Shown one piece after another: positions 37,820 through 51,179 of a stretch of DNA of 64,000 bases (within the stretch, counting starts at the first letter, position 1; the number at the start of each line of letters is the position of its first letter). Source of the stretch: Anthoceros angustus (lineage: Eukaryota > Plantae > Anthocerotophyta); the NCBI GenBank assembly GCA_010909165.1, contig VJWM01000116.1, positions 372,001 to 436,000 on the forward strand. Direction: 5' to 3'. The notes beneath the pieces are model-generated. The model made no database searches. It saw nothing but the letters and a program-made list of their open reading frames with translations, and had not been told where the DNA came from. The position numbers and the translations under genes are program-made.

Positions 37820-38690
37820 ATGGCTCTCATCGGCAAGCTGCCGCAGGTTGCAGCCCTGCAAATCCCTGTGCAGCTGAAATTGGGCTTGCCAATGCAATGC
37901 AAGCTTTCCCCTTCATTTTCCTCCCAATACCATGCGTTTGGGCGGCACAAGCTGGCGAAAGCAGTAGTGGACGAGATTCCGGGAATTTTCAGTGGTGGAC
38001 GACTGGCGCTTGGTGTTGCCCCATCGGCTGTGGCACCGCCTCCACCTCCTCCCATTGATGACGATTTGCATGAAATCTGTCGCCCAACATCGTGCTTTTG
38101 CTTAGCTGCAGCAGCTTACTGGGTACTCTCCTGAACTGCGACGCCTTGCACACGTTGATTGAGGAAATGGGAGGTGAGATCTCGGAGAGCGGGCCTATGG
38201 AGGCTGTCGGGAACATTGTGTCGTACGTGCTTCCGATCGAACTTGTCGCAACCTAGCGTCTCCTTGTGGTTTCTGGTGCTGTAAGCACTGCAGAAGGATT
38301 CTATCTGAAAAGTTGGCCATGTAGGTGGAGGGAACTCCGGTTACGGTGGAGTAGGTAATGGCCTGTCGGAGAAGGGATGTTTCTTAATACTGTCGACATC
38401 ATCCGCTGGGCTTGTCTGGAATCTCATCCTGCGTGCTGATGTGGTGCCAATTAGAGCTACTGCGTGGGAGCAACTCCGCGTCCTACGTGGTGTGAATCAT
38501 CCATTTGATTCTCTTGGCTGTCTCTTCAGCAAATGAGTTTGAAAGCAAATCGTTGGAAGTTTGTGCCTCCTAACCTTGAAGGTTACCGAGGCCCCGGTAG
38601 GCCAGCGGCAGGAAAGGGGCCCAGTTGAGGAATTCAAGGTATTGGAGGCTGGACTCTGACGAAAGGTACTTGCAGGACTCCGTTGAGCTT
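37820..38690 (+). pseudogene. Deleted YgfZ/GcvT-like copy, unit B
   Basis: Same deletions as 17093-17935. Confidence 0.85.
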
Positions 38691-38996
38691 CGGTGCACAT
38701 GCTGTCCAGCGGTTTGTCGTGGTTTAGCCATCACCTACTCGCCTAAAGCAGAGCGCTTGGCTTTCAGACGTTCTGCTTGCAGGGCGGATTGCTCGACCCG
38801 CGTACTCGGCAGTGGAGGAGGCGATCCTGCCGATCACCTGGTGCGCGAGCTGGGATGGACGGAATGTCTCGGCTCGCTTGTTGTGGAAGCTGCGAATCTG
38901 AGGCAGGCATGGGTTGTGCGAGGCTACGGGGATGGAAGTGCAGCGGCATTTAGAGTCTAGGTGTGGTGACCTTGCCAGAGCTTGTTGGGCGGAACC

Positions 38997-40140
38997 ATGG
39001 ACGGCATGGAGGCGCGGAACGTGAATGCTCTAGTGCTGCGCAGGGTTCAGAAGGAGGAGGAAGTGGTAGCCGCCGAGAGGGAGCTGCCGAGATTCGAATG
39101 GATTGAAGTAGCTGACAACGTACAGCGGAAGTATGAACTCGGGGGCCGCAAGGACAGCAGGATGGTGGGGGTTGTGCTCAAGGACACCAGGCCTCCTGTG
39201 CAGAAGGTGGTGGACAGCTTTCTGGGCAGGTTTTTTCCTTTGAGATACCCCCACAGTGTGGTAGCAGGCTATCTGGCATATTCGCAGTATCGAGCGATGC
39301 AGCATTTTGCAAGCGCTCAGACCTACTCCTGCGCAGGCAACCATTGTGAGCTGGGTGTTGAAGGATGGGATGCAGCATATCGGGAAGCGATGGATTCGGA
39401 ACCTACGCGGTGGCGGATATGCGCAGATGTGATGACGGATGTGGGAGCAGGGCTGGAAGACACGGCCTCCCCGTTCTGCCCGCAGCATTTCTTGGGAGTG
39501 ACGGGGCTGGTAAATATGGCCAAGGGTATGGCTCTGGGGTCAGCTAGGGTCACAAGGCTGTAAGTCTATTCAGCGTTCGCGAAGGAGGGGAACCTGAGTG
39601 ATTTGTACGCCAAGGGGGAGGCCATCTCAACGTTGTCCAACGTTCTAGGGCTAGGGGTGGGCATCCGCCTCGCGTCCACAGTCTGTGCGTCTATCGAAGG
39701 CAATCTCAGGACACATGCAGTGTCGCACCCTGCCCAGGTGAGAAGCAGGGAGCGTCTTGTGCTGCCCATCCGTCTGAACCGTGATGCTGGGAACGTGAGG
39801 GTAGGAGCTCCCCGGCATCGAGGTGTGGGCAAGCCGTCTAAGCTGTTGACCAGTCTCCTACTGGGGAGGATGCCGTGAGGGGCTGGCTGTTGGCAGCTTG
39901 CACAGTCAAAGTAGCAGGAGCTAGCTGAGGTCGATCGCCCGAACAATTGTCGGCTGACCTGAACAAGGCGTATTCTCAAGTGGAAACTCTGCTGCCAGCT
40001 TTCTTGTCTGGATTGAAGGATAAGGGATGGCACACCATCTCCGCCCAATTAAGCAGGTGGACAAGGCATACGCTGAAGTGGAATCTTTGATGCCGCCTTC
40101 TTGTCTGGATGGAAGGATAAGGGATGGCACACCATCTCTG
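38997..40140 (+). pseudogene. RUS2: Deleted RUS2 copy, unit B
   Basis: Same deletions as 18254-19390. Confidence 0.85.
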
Positions 40141-40355
40141 CCCAAATAAGCAGGTGGGCTGGGCTGGGCTGGGCTGGCTTGTCTGTCCACCTTCCATATG
40201 TTTATGTGTGCGTATGTTATTGTAGATATGGCTATTATGGGGCCATGTGTCTCTATATATGTCTGTGGCTATGCTGCCTGTCTGACATGGAGTATCCCTG
40301 CTTTCTGTCAGCACGACGACGTTCTGTGAATTGAAGCTGCCCGGACCCTGTGAGA

Positions 40356-42230
40356 ATGCTCGATCCAATTTGTACTCCGTATGGTTTCATGAGCGACAGG
40401 CCTGCAGCCGGGGAACTTAAGGTGTACAGGCCGAAGAGGAAGCAGGAGCGCAGCAGTGGCGGGGCTGCGCTGGACAGGTCAGGGGATGCTGAAATTACGC
40501 CCAATGACCCCAAGGACATCCAGCCTGAGCAGGGGAGATTGGACAGTTTGGCTGCCCTGGCCAAGCAGGAGCGGGGCTCAGATTCCCTCAGCGAGGAGGA
40601 GCAGGAGCACAAGGCTCCTGTGGTGGAGCAGGACAAGCCTTCTCCCAGGATGTCCCGTGGCGCAGCAGCCGGATCAACCAGTCGGGTTGTGGAGGAGGTG
40701 AGGCCGGAGCCTCCTTCTCCCCCTAAACCAGAGGTTGTGAAGGAGGAGGAGTTGGAAACAGAGGAGGAGGAGGAAGAGGTGGAGCCGGACCCAGTCCCGT
40801 CGTCGGCCACTGTGAGTGAAGAGGAAGAGGTGGACCCGAATAAGAATCCTCGGCGGAAGCGCCAGCATCATGCACGCAAGCAGGTGAAGGGCAAGGCGGG
40901 AGGAGCGGAGAAGGGGCAGGCTCCTGCTAAGGGCAGAAGGAAGCCCAAAAAGGGGAGTGGCGATGAGGAGGACGGGGATGCTGAGGAGGATGGTAGGTGT
41001 AAGAGGTCCGACGGGAAATCGTGGAGGTGCAGCAAGCCGGTGTACATGAAAGGGTGGTGCCAGTACCATTTCGAATACTACGAGAGTAAGAAGTCCAAGT
41101 CCGCCCCGCCTGCGAAGAGGAAGAGACCGCCGGAGAACGTTACTACTGGCCGGAGGGACAAGGGTGCGCAGAATGAGGCAGATGGGAGCAAGGATAGTGC
41201 TGATGAATCTCAGCACGAGGAGGAGGTTGTTGCTGAACCTGAGGTGAAGAAGATGAGGGGAGATCTGAAGAAGGATAGGGTTGACGAAGACGAGCAGCAG
41301 GAGGGTGAGGGTCGTGCAGAGGCTGTGGCAGAACCGGAGCCGAAGAAGGGGAGACGTGGGCAGAAGAAGAAGGGTGCGCAGAATGAGGCAGCTGGGAGCA
41401 AGGATAGTGCTGATGAAGCTCAGCAGCAGGAGGAGGTTGTTGCTGAGCCTGAGGTGAAGAAGGTGAGGGGATATCTTAAGAAAAAGGATAGGGTTGATGA
41501 AGATGAGCAGCAGGAGGGTGAGGGTCGTGCAGATGCTGTGGCAGAACCGGAGCCGAAGAAGGGGAGAAGTGGGCAGACGAAGAAGGGTAGTGTGGATGAC
41601 GATCAGCAGCAGGAGGATGAGGGTCGTGTGCAGGCTTTGTCAGAACGGGTGGGTAAGGTGGATGAAGCTCGGCAGAAGGAGGATGAGGATCGTGTCAAGG
41701 CTGTAGCAGATCCGGAGGTGAAGCCTGTTGTGGGGCCGGAGGTGACAGCTTCCAAATCTGAGGCTCCGGAACTGCCGGAGGAGGACACGAGCGCCGAAAC
41801 TGATGATGGGGAGGAGCATGTTAGAGATTCGTTGGAGAGGTCTCCTCTCAAGAGCAGTCACCAATGCTAGAAGTTGGGGAATGGGGCTTCGTGTGGAGCC
41901 TGTAGGGATAGTCACCGCCCCTATTGTGACCACTGTATAGCGAAGTGGTACCCACACTGGACAATGGAGGATGTCGCAGGGAGGTGTCCCTACAGTGCTG
42001 GGTACTGTAATTGTAAGCGGAGGTGGATGATACAGGGAAGTCTGAGCACCTTCCCTATCTCGTGCGTAAGGTTCTGCCATCTCTGAGTCAGAACAATGAG
42101 GAGCAGGTTGACGAGCTGAAGTTTGAGAGGGACTTGCAGGGTGATCCAGCGAATGTGGAGGAGCAAATGCAGGAGCCATCGAAGGCTTCTTCCGATGGAA
42201 GGGCTGAAGAGGATCTAGCGTGTCCTGACT
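40356..42230 (+). pseudogene. Truncated JMJ paralog C (WRC domain retained, JmjC deleted)
   Basis: ORF to 41870 with WRC CKRSDGKSWRC ends at TAG, where copy B has TGG in CHQCW. At ~42147 the sequence jumps from a region homologous to ~21093 to one homologous to ~24280. Confidence 0.85.
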
Positions 42231-42829
42231 GATGTCAGGTATTGGATGCGTCTTTCTGGTCGGTTTGAAATGGAGCTGGCCAGCCACCTTAGGAAAGATT
42301 CTTGAGGTGGCGATACGTGCTCAGCTCTTGGATGTCTTCCCGTACAGTGCAGTTGTGGTTGCCGCCTTGTAGCTTCAGGGCAACCCTGAGTCGATATTCC
42401 TGTTCCATGCTGCATATGTTGCTGTGGAGGGTGACGTTCACCAGTGTCCGATACGATGGGGGAGTGGAAGGATCTCTAGAATTAGGGATGATTGTGCAGG
42501 AAAAGTGTAGTGTTACGTAGTAGTCTTATAACTTAGTCTTCGTTGTATTCTCACTGGCCGAGCCTGGTAATAGTCCAAGGGCAGGGTGGAGCGCCAGAAC
42601 TCACCTGTACATTTACCTATGTAAAGCTTTCATTGACGCTTGAGTTGTGTGATGTTCATATGTTTTGTGAGTGCAATGTACATTCTATCGTGTCACCCAT
42701 TTACGTACCAACATTTCTGGACTTCAACTGCTGCGGGACGTGCTCACTATCTGACCATCATATGGTCATCCCCGGCCTTACTACATCCATGTAGTGTTTT
42801 CTTGCTGCTGTGAAGCTGGGCTTCTAGTC

Positions 42830-45171
42830 ATGGCTCTCATCGGAAGGCCGCCGCAGGTTGCAGCCCTGCAGATCAATGTGCAGCTGAAATTGGGCTTGCC
42901 CATGCAATGCAAGCTTTCCCCTTCATTCTCTTCCCAATACCATATCTTCGGGCGGCAGAAGCGGGAGAGAGCAGTAATGGACAAGAGTCCGGGAATTTTC
43001 AGTGGTGGGCGACTGGCGCTTGTTGTTGCCTCATCGGCGGTGGCACCTCCTCCACCGCCTCCGATTGACGACGATTTGCATGTAAGTTGCCGCCCAACAT
43101 CGTGGGTCTGTTTACCTGCAGCGCAGCTTAATGGGTACTCTCCTGAACTGGGACGCCTTGCAGACGTTGATCGAGGAAATGGGCGCTGAGCTCTCGGAGA
43201 CTGGAGTTGTGGAAACTTTCGGGAACGATGTCGAAGCCATAGAGGCTGCCAGGAATGGTGTTGTGGTGAGGGTTTGTCTGCTGCTGTAGCGGCCAGTACG
43301 CCAAGCTAAGCTGCTAATGTGGGGTTTCCGCTTGTTACAGGTTGCCGAGCTCTCTCATTTTGGCAGGCTTCGCGGTAAGAGCCGTTGCGGCATTTGTTCG
43401 TTTAGTGCAACTGTGCCAAACATCGCAAGGCTCGGTGTGATGGTTTTTTTTTGCTGTAGTCACTGGAGACGACAGGATTAGATTCTTGCACAATCAGAGT
43501 ACAGCTGATTTCCAGTCTCTACGGGAAGGCCAGGTATTTCATTTGTCATGTTCTTGATATGACTGTTTGCGCTGGAGTTTCTGATGTGGTGCCAGTGGCT
43601 CATGCATGCAGTATTGATTTGAGTGTTGACGCAGGGTTGTGATACAGTGTTTGTGACATCTACTGCACGGACAATTGACCTAGCTACCGCTTGGATCATG
43701 GTATGATCTTCTGACCCCGCTATGAAGGCAGCCTGAATTGTGCGCTGCGGATAACGCTTTCCAGTTTTACAGTCACAAAATAATCTTTGCACAGGGTTAA
43801 ATTCTTGGCTGCAGAAGACGGCAGTGATATTGTTCGTATCACCGAACACTCGAGAAAGCCTCCTGAAGATGCTGAACAAGTATGCCCCTCTGTCTGGTGC
43901 TAATGTCAGTTTGTGTCGCATTTTCCTCCAGCAATGAGTTGAAGTCTCTACACGAAATGATGTCTTTCTTGGCCCTTAGGTACATATTTTTTGCAGACAA
44001 GGTTGAAGTGGAAGACATAACAAACAAAACATATTTCTTTTCAATCCATGGTCCCAAGAGCGATGAGGTATAGCGAACGCATCTGTGGCATTTTTATGAG
44101 CTTGCCCAGCTGAAGTACTACGTGAGCTGTTTCTAGCACCAAATGCCACTTTTCTGTTGTCTGAGAATAGTTCAAATTTCCATTGCAGCTTATGAAGCAA
44201 CTGAATCTTGGAGACATTGTGGGGGAGCCTTATGGCACCCACAAACATTATGCCGTACGTGCTTCCAATGTCCAACTTGTCGCCATCTTGCTTCTCTTCG
44301 TTTCTGGTGCTGTAAAAACTGCCATATATTTCCAGTCTGCAGCAGGATTCTGTCTGAAAAGTTGGCCATGTAGGTTGAGGGAACTCCAGTTACGGTAGGA
44401 GTAGGTAATGGCCTGTGGGAGAAGGGTTATTCCTTAATACTGTCGACATCAACCGCTGGGCTTGTCTGGAATCTCATCTTGCGTGCTGGTGCGGTGCCAA
44501 TTGGAGCTACTGCGTGGGAGCGGCTCCGCGTCTTGCATGGTTTTCATCATCCATTCAATCTGCCCTTGGCCGTCTCTGCTGCAAAAGAGGTCGTTTGAAA
44601 GCTAGTTTGTGCGTTGTAACCTTTGAATGCTGCCTGTCCTTCCCAGGTAGGCCAGCGGCAGGCAAGGAACTAGTCGAGGAATTCAACGTACTAGAGGCTG
44701 GACTCTGGAAAACCGTCTCACTGACGAAAGGTACTCGGCAGTCTCTGTTTCCATTCTCCTTCTAGCTAGTTGTCACCACTGACCACAACCTCATGTACCC
44801 GCAGGCTGTTATATCGGACAAGAAACTGTCACAAGGTTGATCACGTACGACGGCGTAAAACAGCAGCTGTGGGGGATCCAACTCGACGGCCCTGCTGAGC
44901 CAGGAAGCAGCATCACCATTGATGGGAAGAAGGTGAGAGGTCGAGCAGCCGACGCATGTTTGTCTTCCAGCAAAACAACGCTCTAATGGTTAAGAGTTTG
45001 TGTCATCAGGTGGGAACTCTCACAAGCTACACCTTGGGGAACGGATCAGAGCATTTTGGGCTATGCTACATCCGCAAGCAAGCTGGAGGTGCCGGGCTTC
45101 AAGTTGACATCGCTGGTGTGAACGGACTAGTTGTAGATGTCCCCTTCTTAACCCGATCTCTTCCATCTTAA
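42830..45171 (+). CDS. Plastid YgfZ/GcvT-like folate-binding (aminomethyltransferase-family) protein, multi-exon
   Basis: Transit peptide, PPPIDDDL, ETFGNDVEA, ELSHFGRLR, YIFFADKVEVEDIT, KELVEEFNVLEAGLW, GCYIGQETVTRLITYDG, HFGLCYIRKQ; GT-AG introns. Confidence 0.9.
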
Positions 45172-45580
45172 TCAAATGGTTACCTTTCTCGTAGGCATCT
45201 TATCCGATTCCAACATTCGCTGTGTGTGTCTCCAGTACTCCGTTGAGCTTCCGTGCACATGCTGTCCAGCGGTTTGTCGTGGTTAAGCGAATACCTACCC
45301 GCCGAAAGCAGAGTCGCAGACACTTGGCTTTGAGACGTTTCTGCTGCCAGGGCACATTGCTCGATCCGCGTTCTCGGCGGTGGGGGAGGCGATCCTGCGG
45401 GATCACCTGGTCCGCGGGCTGGGATGGAGTGTGGCGTGCCGACGGGCTGCCTCGGTACGCTTTGTTGGGGAAACTGTGAATCTGTGGCAGTCATGGATGG
45501 TGCGAGGCTACGGGGATGGAAGTGCAGCGGCATTTAGAGTCTAGGTGTGGTGACCTTGCCAGAGCTTGTTGGGCGGAACC

Positions 45581-46921
45581 ATGGACGGCATGAAGGCGCG
45601 GAACATGAATGCTCTGGTGCTGCGCAGGGTTCAGAAGGAGGAGGAAGTGGCAGCCGCCGAGAGGGAGCTGCCGAGATTCGAATGGATTGAAGTAGCTGAC
45701 AACGTGCAGCGGAAGTATGAAGTCGGAGGCCGCAAGGACAGCAGGCTGGTGGGGGTTGTGCTCAAGGACACCAGGCCTCCTGTGCAGAAGGTGGTGGACA
45801 GCTTTCTGGGCAGGTTTTTTCCTCTGGGATACCCTCACAGTGTGTCAGAAGGATATCTGGCGTATTCTCAGTATCGAGCGGTGCAGCATTTTGCAAGCGC
45901 AGTGCTGTCTGTCTTGTCTACGCAGTCTCTGCTGTTTGCAGCGGGTCTCAGACCTACTCCTGCGCAGGCGACCATTGTGAGCTGGGTGTTGAAGGATGGG
46001 ATGCAGCATATCGGGAAGCTCTTCTGCAGCAGCTTGGGGGCCAGGATGGACTCGGAACCTAAGCGGTGGCGGATATTCGCAGATGTGATGTACGATGTGG
46101 GAGCAGGGTTGGAAGTGATATCCCCGTTCTGTCCGCAGCATTTCCTGGGAGTGGCGGGGCTGGCAAATATGGCCAAGGGTATGGCTCTGGTGTCAGCTAG
46201 GGCCACAAGGCTGCCAGTCTATTCAGCGTTCGCGAAGGAGGGTAACCTGAGTGATTTGTACGCCAAGGGGGAGGCCATCTCAACTTTGTCCAACGTTCTA
46301 GGGCTAGGTGTGGGCATCCACCTGGCGTCCACAGTCTGTGCGTCTATCGAAGGCAAGCTGCTGGTGGCTCCTCTGCTCTCGGCTGTGCATCTCTATTCTG
46401 TGGCACAGGAAATGCGTGCAGCGCCCATCAACACTCTGAACGCACAACGAACGGCTCTACTGGTGGCTGACTTTCTCAGGACAGGTGTAGTGTCGCATCC
46501 TGCCCAGCTGAGAAACAGGGAGCGTCTGGTGCTGCCCATCCGTCTGAACCGTGATGCTGGGAACGTGAGGGTCGGAGCTCCCCTGCATCGAGCTGTGGGC
46601 AAGCCGTCCAAGCTGTTGGAGCTGAAGGAGAGTTTTCGCAAGGAGCGTTTTCTTCTCAACTTCAATGAAAAATGCACCGACCTTGTGTTGCACCAGTCTG
46701 CCACTGGGGAGGATGCCGTGAGGGGCTGGCTGTTGGCAGCTTGCACAGCCAGAGTAGCAGGATCTAGCTGTGGTCGATCGCCCGAGCAATTGTCTGCTGC
46801 CCTGGACAAGGCGTACTCTCAAGTGGAAACTCTGCTGCCGTCTTTCCTGTCTGGATTGAAGGACAAGGGATGGCACACCCATCTTTTCCTTGAGGGCTCG
46901 GGTATTCGAGCAGTCTGGTAG
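45581..46921 (+). CDS. RUS2: ROOT UVB SENSITIVE 2 (DUF647) protein, intron-free
   Basis: Intact ORF: MDSEPKRWRIFADV, ARATRLPVYSAFAKEGNLSDLYAKGEAISTL, ATGEDAVRGWL, KGWHTHLFLEG. Confidence 0.92.
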   Translation: MDGMKARNMNALVLRRVQKEEEVAAAERELPRFEWIEVADNVQRKYEVGGRKDSRLVGVVLKDTRPPVQKVVDSFLGRFFPLGYPHSVSEGYLAYSQYRAVQHFASAVLSVLSTQSLLFAAGLRPTPAQATIVSWVLKDGMQHIGKLFCSSLGARMDSEPKRWRIFADVMYDVGAGLEVISPFCPQHFLGVAGLANMAKGMALVSARATRLPVYSAFAKEGNLSDLYAKGEAISTLSNVLGLGVGIHLASTVCASIEGKLLVAPLLSAVHLYSVAQEMRAAPINTLNAQRTALLVADFLRTGVVSHPAQLRNRERLVLPIRLNRDAGNVRVGAPLHRAVGKPSKLLELKESFRKERFLLNFNEKCTDLVLHQSATGEDAVRGWLLAACTARVAGSSCGRSPEQLSAALDKAYSQVETLLPSFLSGLKDKGWHTHLFLEGSGIRAVW

Positions 46922-47799
46922 TATGTCTATATTCACTCATTTGCAGCCTCCACATACAAAGTATGTCGCACGCCGCACAATTTTGCCTCCTCGCCTTGTT
47001 TTGTTAATGTGCAATAGAGCTGGTTAAGTTTGCAATTTTGGCTAAGTGCCAATGGGCCATCTCCGTGTTAATGACCAACGATTCCTGGTTTCACCCTTAA
47101 ACCATCTTTCCTGTCGAACAACTTTTCTTGACGGTTCTTTGCACGGTAATCACTCTGTACAAATGGACTGCTTTAATATCGTTTAATGGACTGCTTTTAG
47201 AGCGGTTAATGGACTGCTTTTATAGCGCTTAAACGACCTTGCCTGTCAAGCTACTTTTTTTGACAGGAATGATTTTTGTCTCTAAAAATGAATGAGATCT
47301 CCTATTCAGTGTTGAGAATCTTGAGCTTCACCCGCTACTAAGCTCTGCCAACCAACAAATATATAAACAAAATTGTCTTTTGAATTCCACTGAGGACATC
47401 TCCGGGCTACTAGCACCAGGGGCCATCTCCCTAGGTGCCCCATCCAAGTCCCCCCCGCGGTGTCGCTCTGGCTCGGTCTCTTGGCATTGGAAATCGATTT
47501 ATCTGAATGGGAAAACTGTGGCCAAAAGTGATGGCAATGTGTCCCCCTTCTTCAGGGAATGTTTCAGTTCACGACTGCGCAAGCGGGCTATAGAGCATTG
47601 GCTTCGACGTCCAGAGCTTGAACTCAGTTACCACTTAAACCCTGCAAGGTATCATCTAGCTTTACTAAGGGTGATGAGCAAATCGTAGACTGGTACATCA
47701 GCCAGGGCAAACGAGGCACCTTGAACTCTCGATGCTAAAAATGCTCATCGTTCATCAGATTGGCGCCCTTAAGAATCCCCTGAAGTGTGAGCACGACAG

Positions 47800-49660
47800 T
47801 CTCACGTGGAAATGATGTTAAGGTAACTAGCTCCTGCAATAAAGTCATGCAGATTCAATACGTGTAATATAATGGCGCACTCTATTTCGGAAGAAACCAC
47901 CATACCATGAGAAAATACCTCGAGTAACTCGGGTGTGAAGGAAAAGTTCGACATGCGAGCCTGTTGCAGATTCAGGAGCAACGCCTGCAAATACTTAGTC
48001 CAATAATCTTGAAACTTCGCCTCCAGAGGACCTGACAACGGCATCTCTACATGACAAACCAACTTTGCCGCTTTCGCAAAGTGATAGGCTGAAAGATACC
48101 AACGGTCAGTATAAATCCTAAGCACCCTACACAAGAAGACCAAGAATGCAGGCTGAGAGGTTTACCAAGGCATATCAGAAGCTGTTCAGCCCATGGGTAG
48201 CTTGAAAGTACGAAGATAGAGGACACAGCGAAGAGATCCCGTGAACGTTTGTCCTGCAGCACTTAAAAGCTCAGACACTTGAAGGACAAACAGCACTCTG
48301 CATTTACAAAACTTGACCGTATACAAGTACAGTACATAGCAACTGAGTCCCACCCGTAATAAGTATCCAAGAAAATTCAGCTTCATGGATTCATCACGAC
48401 CATAGACAACGTAGAACACATAGTCTCTCACGCTCAGATTCACTGGAGCATGACCCAAGAAAAGCTTCGCCAAGAAAAACACATTTTCACAGAACTTCTG
48501 ATGATGCTCACCGATGACCTGCGGTACAAAGCATAATACATCAAAATAGCTCAAAATAACTTGCACAGCAGGATTTTAGCCAAAAAATTATTGTCAACTT
48601 GCCTCAAAGACGCCATACTGGTTTCTACCATCAGGGCCATCAGTGTGGACGAGACGTCCAGGTGGAGGGCACGAACGGCAATGATGCTGGCACCAAGAAA
48701 AAGCCTCAGCGACACAGGACCACCTGACAATCAGTGGACCAGCAGAAACGAAGTCTAACCTCAAGAGCCCCTTCGTATCTGTACTCCAAACATAACTGGC
48801 AGAAGAAAAGCTTGGGCATGAACGCCCGACGCTCAGGTGGGACGAGCGGAAACGACGCAGTTTCCATTGAAAGCTTCCCAATTTGGATAACACATATCGG
48901 CTCTGCAATTTGCTGAATCACACTCGCAACGGCAACAGCATCAGAAACTAGGTCAACTCCACTTGCCCTGGACATCACAAAATAAGCACCTGAAGCAACT
49001 AAGATTCGGACACATACAATCACATCACAGGCCACCAAGGTCCTCTCAAACATAACCATGTACCAGGATGCTAAGCCCATCAGATAATGTGTGTGATACT
49101 GATCATCACATATCAGCATTGCAGAATATCTATCATCCTTGGGCAGACACTTGCACAAAAAGCACAGCTCAAGAAACGAAGGCCACAAAAGACTCTCATA
49201 TAGCACTACCACATACCGCATCGTTGGAATCGGGGCAAGACGTAACATCGTTGTAGCTTTGGAGCCGATTGACCAGCTCCTCTGTCGTCCTGGATCTTTT
49301 CACCGGCAAAAACTCCTCCGGACCCTCCACCTCATCATGCAAGTTCACGAGCTCGATTTGGACCCTGGGTGCGCATGCAGCCTGGCCGGGTTCTGCAATC
49401 CGGTCTCTTAGCCCCTGGGCCGTCTGGCTGGCTCGACATTTCCTCTTCCCTGTAGGACGATTCGCCAGAAGATTGATTGTCCGTGGACATAAAAACCATG
49501 GAAGCTCGACTGGGCGGACTTCATGATTGTCAGCCCCACCGTCGCCATTGCAGGCGGCGGTCGAGCTCTCAGGGCCTCGAGACCTATTGCACAATACCGA
49601 TAGATACCTACGTATGTGCTTGGGCACAATGCAGATGTCCACCTTTGACGTAGTATTCAT
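47800..49660 (-). CDS. Uncharacterised multi-exon gene
   Basis: Several minus-strand coding-like blocks (49196-49660, 48706-49060, 48594-48800, 48330-48520, 47802-48130) with apparent GT/AG borders. No family recognised. Confidence 0.5.
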
Positions 49661-51179
49661 TTCTGATTGCTGCTAACAATATAGTACGGATATTTCGTTA
49701 CTAAATTAATTTTTATAAGTTCATATCCTACACACAGCTTGTGTCACCTTATCGGTATTCAACTCAATTGGATAGGTCGCATTGACATACATATATAGCA
49801 AAAGATACCTTGGATCTCGGTAGCCCAGTCACTATAAGTAAGAAATTAATTATTTTAAATATTATAAAAGTAAGAATATAAACTGTTGGAAGATGAAGCA
49901 AGTCAAATAGAGTTTGGAGCAAATGGCCATGGTCGGAAACCCAAATTAAAAATCATAAATATTGATAATATCAAAGTCATTAATTATTATTTATATCTTT
50001 ATTAGAATTCAATAATCAAATCATAGCTTTGTCCTTTCTTTCAAAGAAGACGTAGTCATGAGTATTAAAGTAGTTTAGCAACTATAGTTTCGATTCCCTA
50101 CTAGTTATTCTCGTGGATGCACTTCATCACCAAACAACCACGAGGAAGAATTTTTTTGTTTTGCTTTTCTTTTACCAAACTATCAAACAAGATCATATCT
50201 TTTTTCTTTTTTTTTTTTTTTGAAATAATAGAACTTTCTCATGACACGCCTGAGTTCGATTCTCCGTACCTCACCTCAATTAAAATTATACCGCACAAAA
50301 GATATTGTTGGATAAATAGTTTTACCCTCTTGTTCTGAAACCGTGTGAAGATGCTCGTGTTTGTGGACATGGGTATGGCCGGAACGGCTTTCGAAATTAG
50401 TGAAGGAACGTAGACCCAGGTTTCATTTTTTCAAACACATGACTCGATAGAAGCAAGCATGTTGTAGTTATCAAGTTGAGTGCATTGCAATTCAATTTTT
50501 ATTTAATTATTATTATAAAATAACAATATATAAAAAAGGGTGAAACTAGGCTTCGATGTTATGGGATGAGATTCGAGTAGGGTCCCCCCATCTCAAAGGG
50601 TGTGAAGGAGTCATTGGTGCCCCCGAGCCCGAGCGTGCACAATTTTGTTCTTGTTTTTCTTCAATATCTCGTTAAAATAACTACCTTGCTCAAACAACTA
50701 AGTCTTACTTCCGTTTTCTAGGTTCGGCCTTCAACCCATTAATCATATGGTTTGCTACCTATTTCCTAAAAGAAAATATTATGTGTACTCGGCCTTTTGT
50801 AAAATCTCTGTCCCATAATGGTCTTTCACGCGGGTGTTCCATAATGGTGGTTCCATCCTTAGCTACAGACACCATTCTTAGCTATAAAAATAAAGAGACA
50901 CCAATCTCACTGGACGTGAATAAAGAAGTTGTTATATGGTCTGCTGGTCGTGCTGGTCGAGGAAGTCGTATCGGCCAAGGAAATTGAAGGAACGCTAGGC
51001 CGTGACGTATCTTCGGCTCAGGTATCCTTCTTCGAGTCAGGTATCCTTCTTTGCTTGGAATGAAGAGTACCAGATTCAGAATTTGAGTTTGTTGGCATGT
51101 TCTGGGGCTAATTCAGCATCTTAAGAGGACCGGACCTATCCTTTGCTCGCAGCGAAGCAGCATAGAGGCAGCAGGAGCC

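Larger units (their letters stand above)
21173..40550. repeat. Second copy of the ~21-kb tandem segmental duplication (unit B)
   Basis: Position 1 corresponds to 21173. Collinear through the JMJ gene, TE block and pseudogenes to ~19780/40550. Confidence 0.92.

Noticed and set aside
47800-49660. Assigning a gene name
   Set aside because: No recognisable motif, so it is left uncharacterised.
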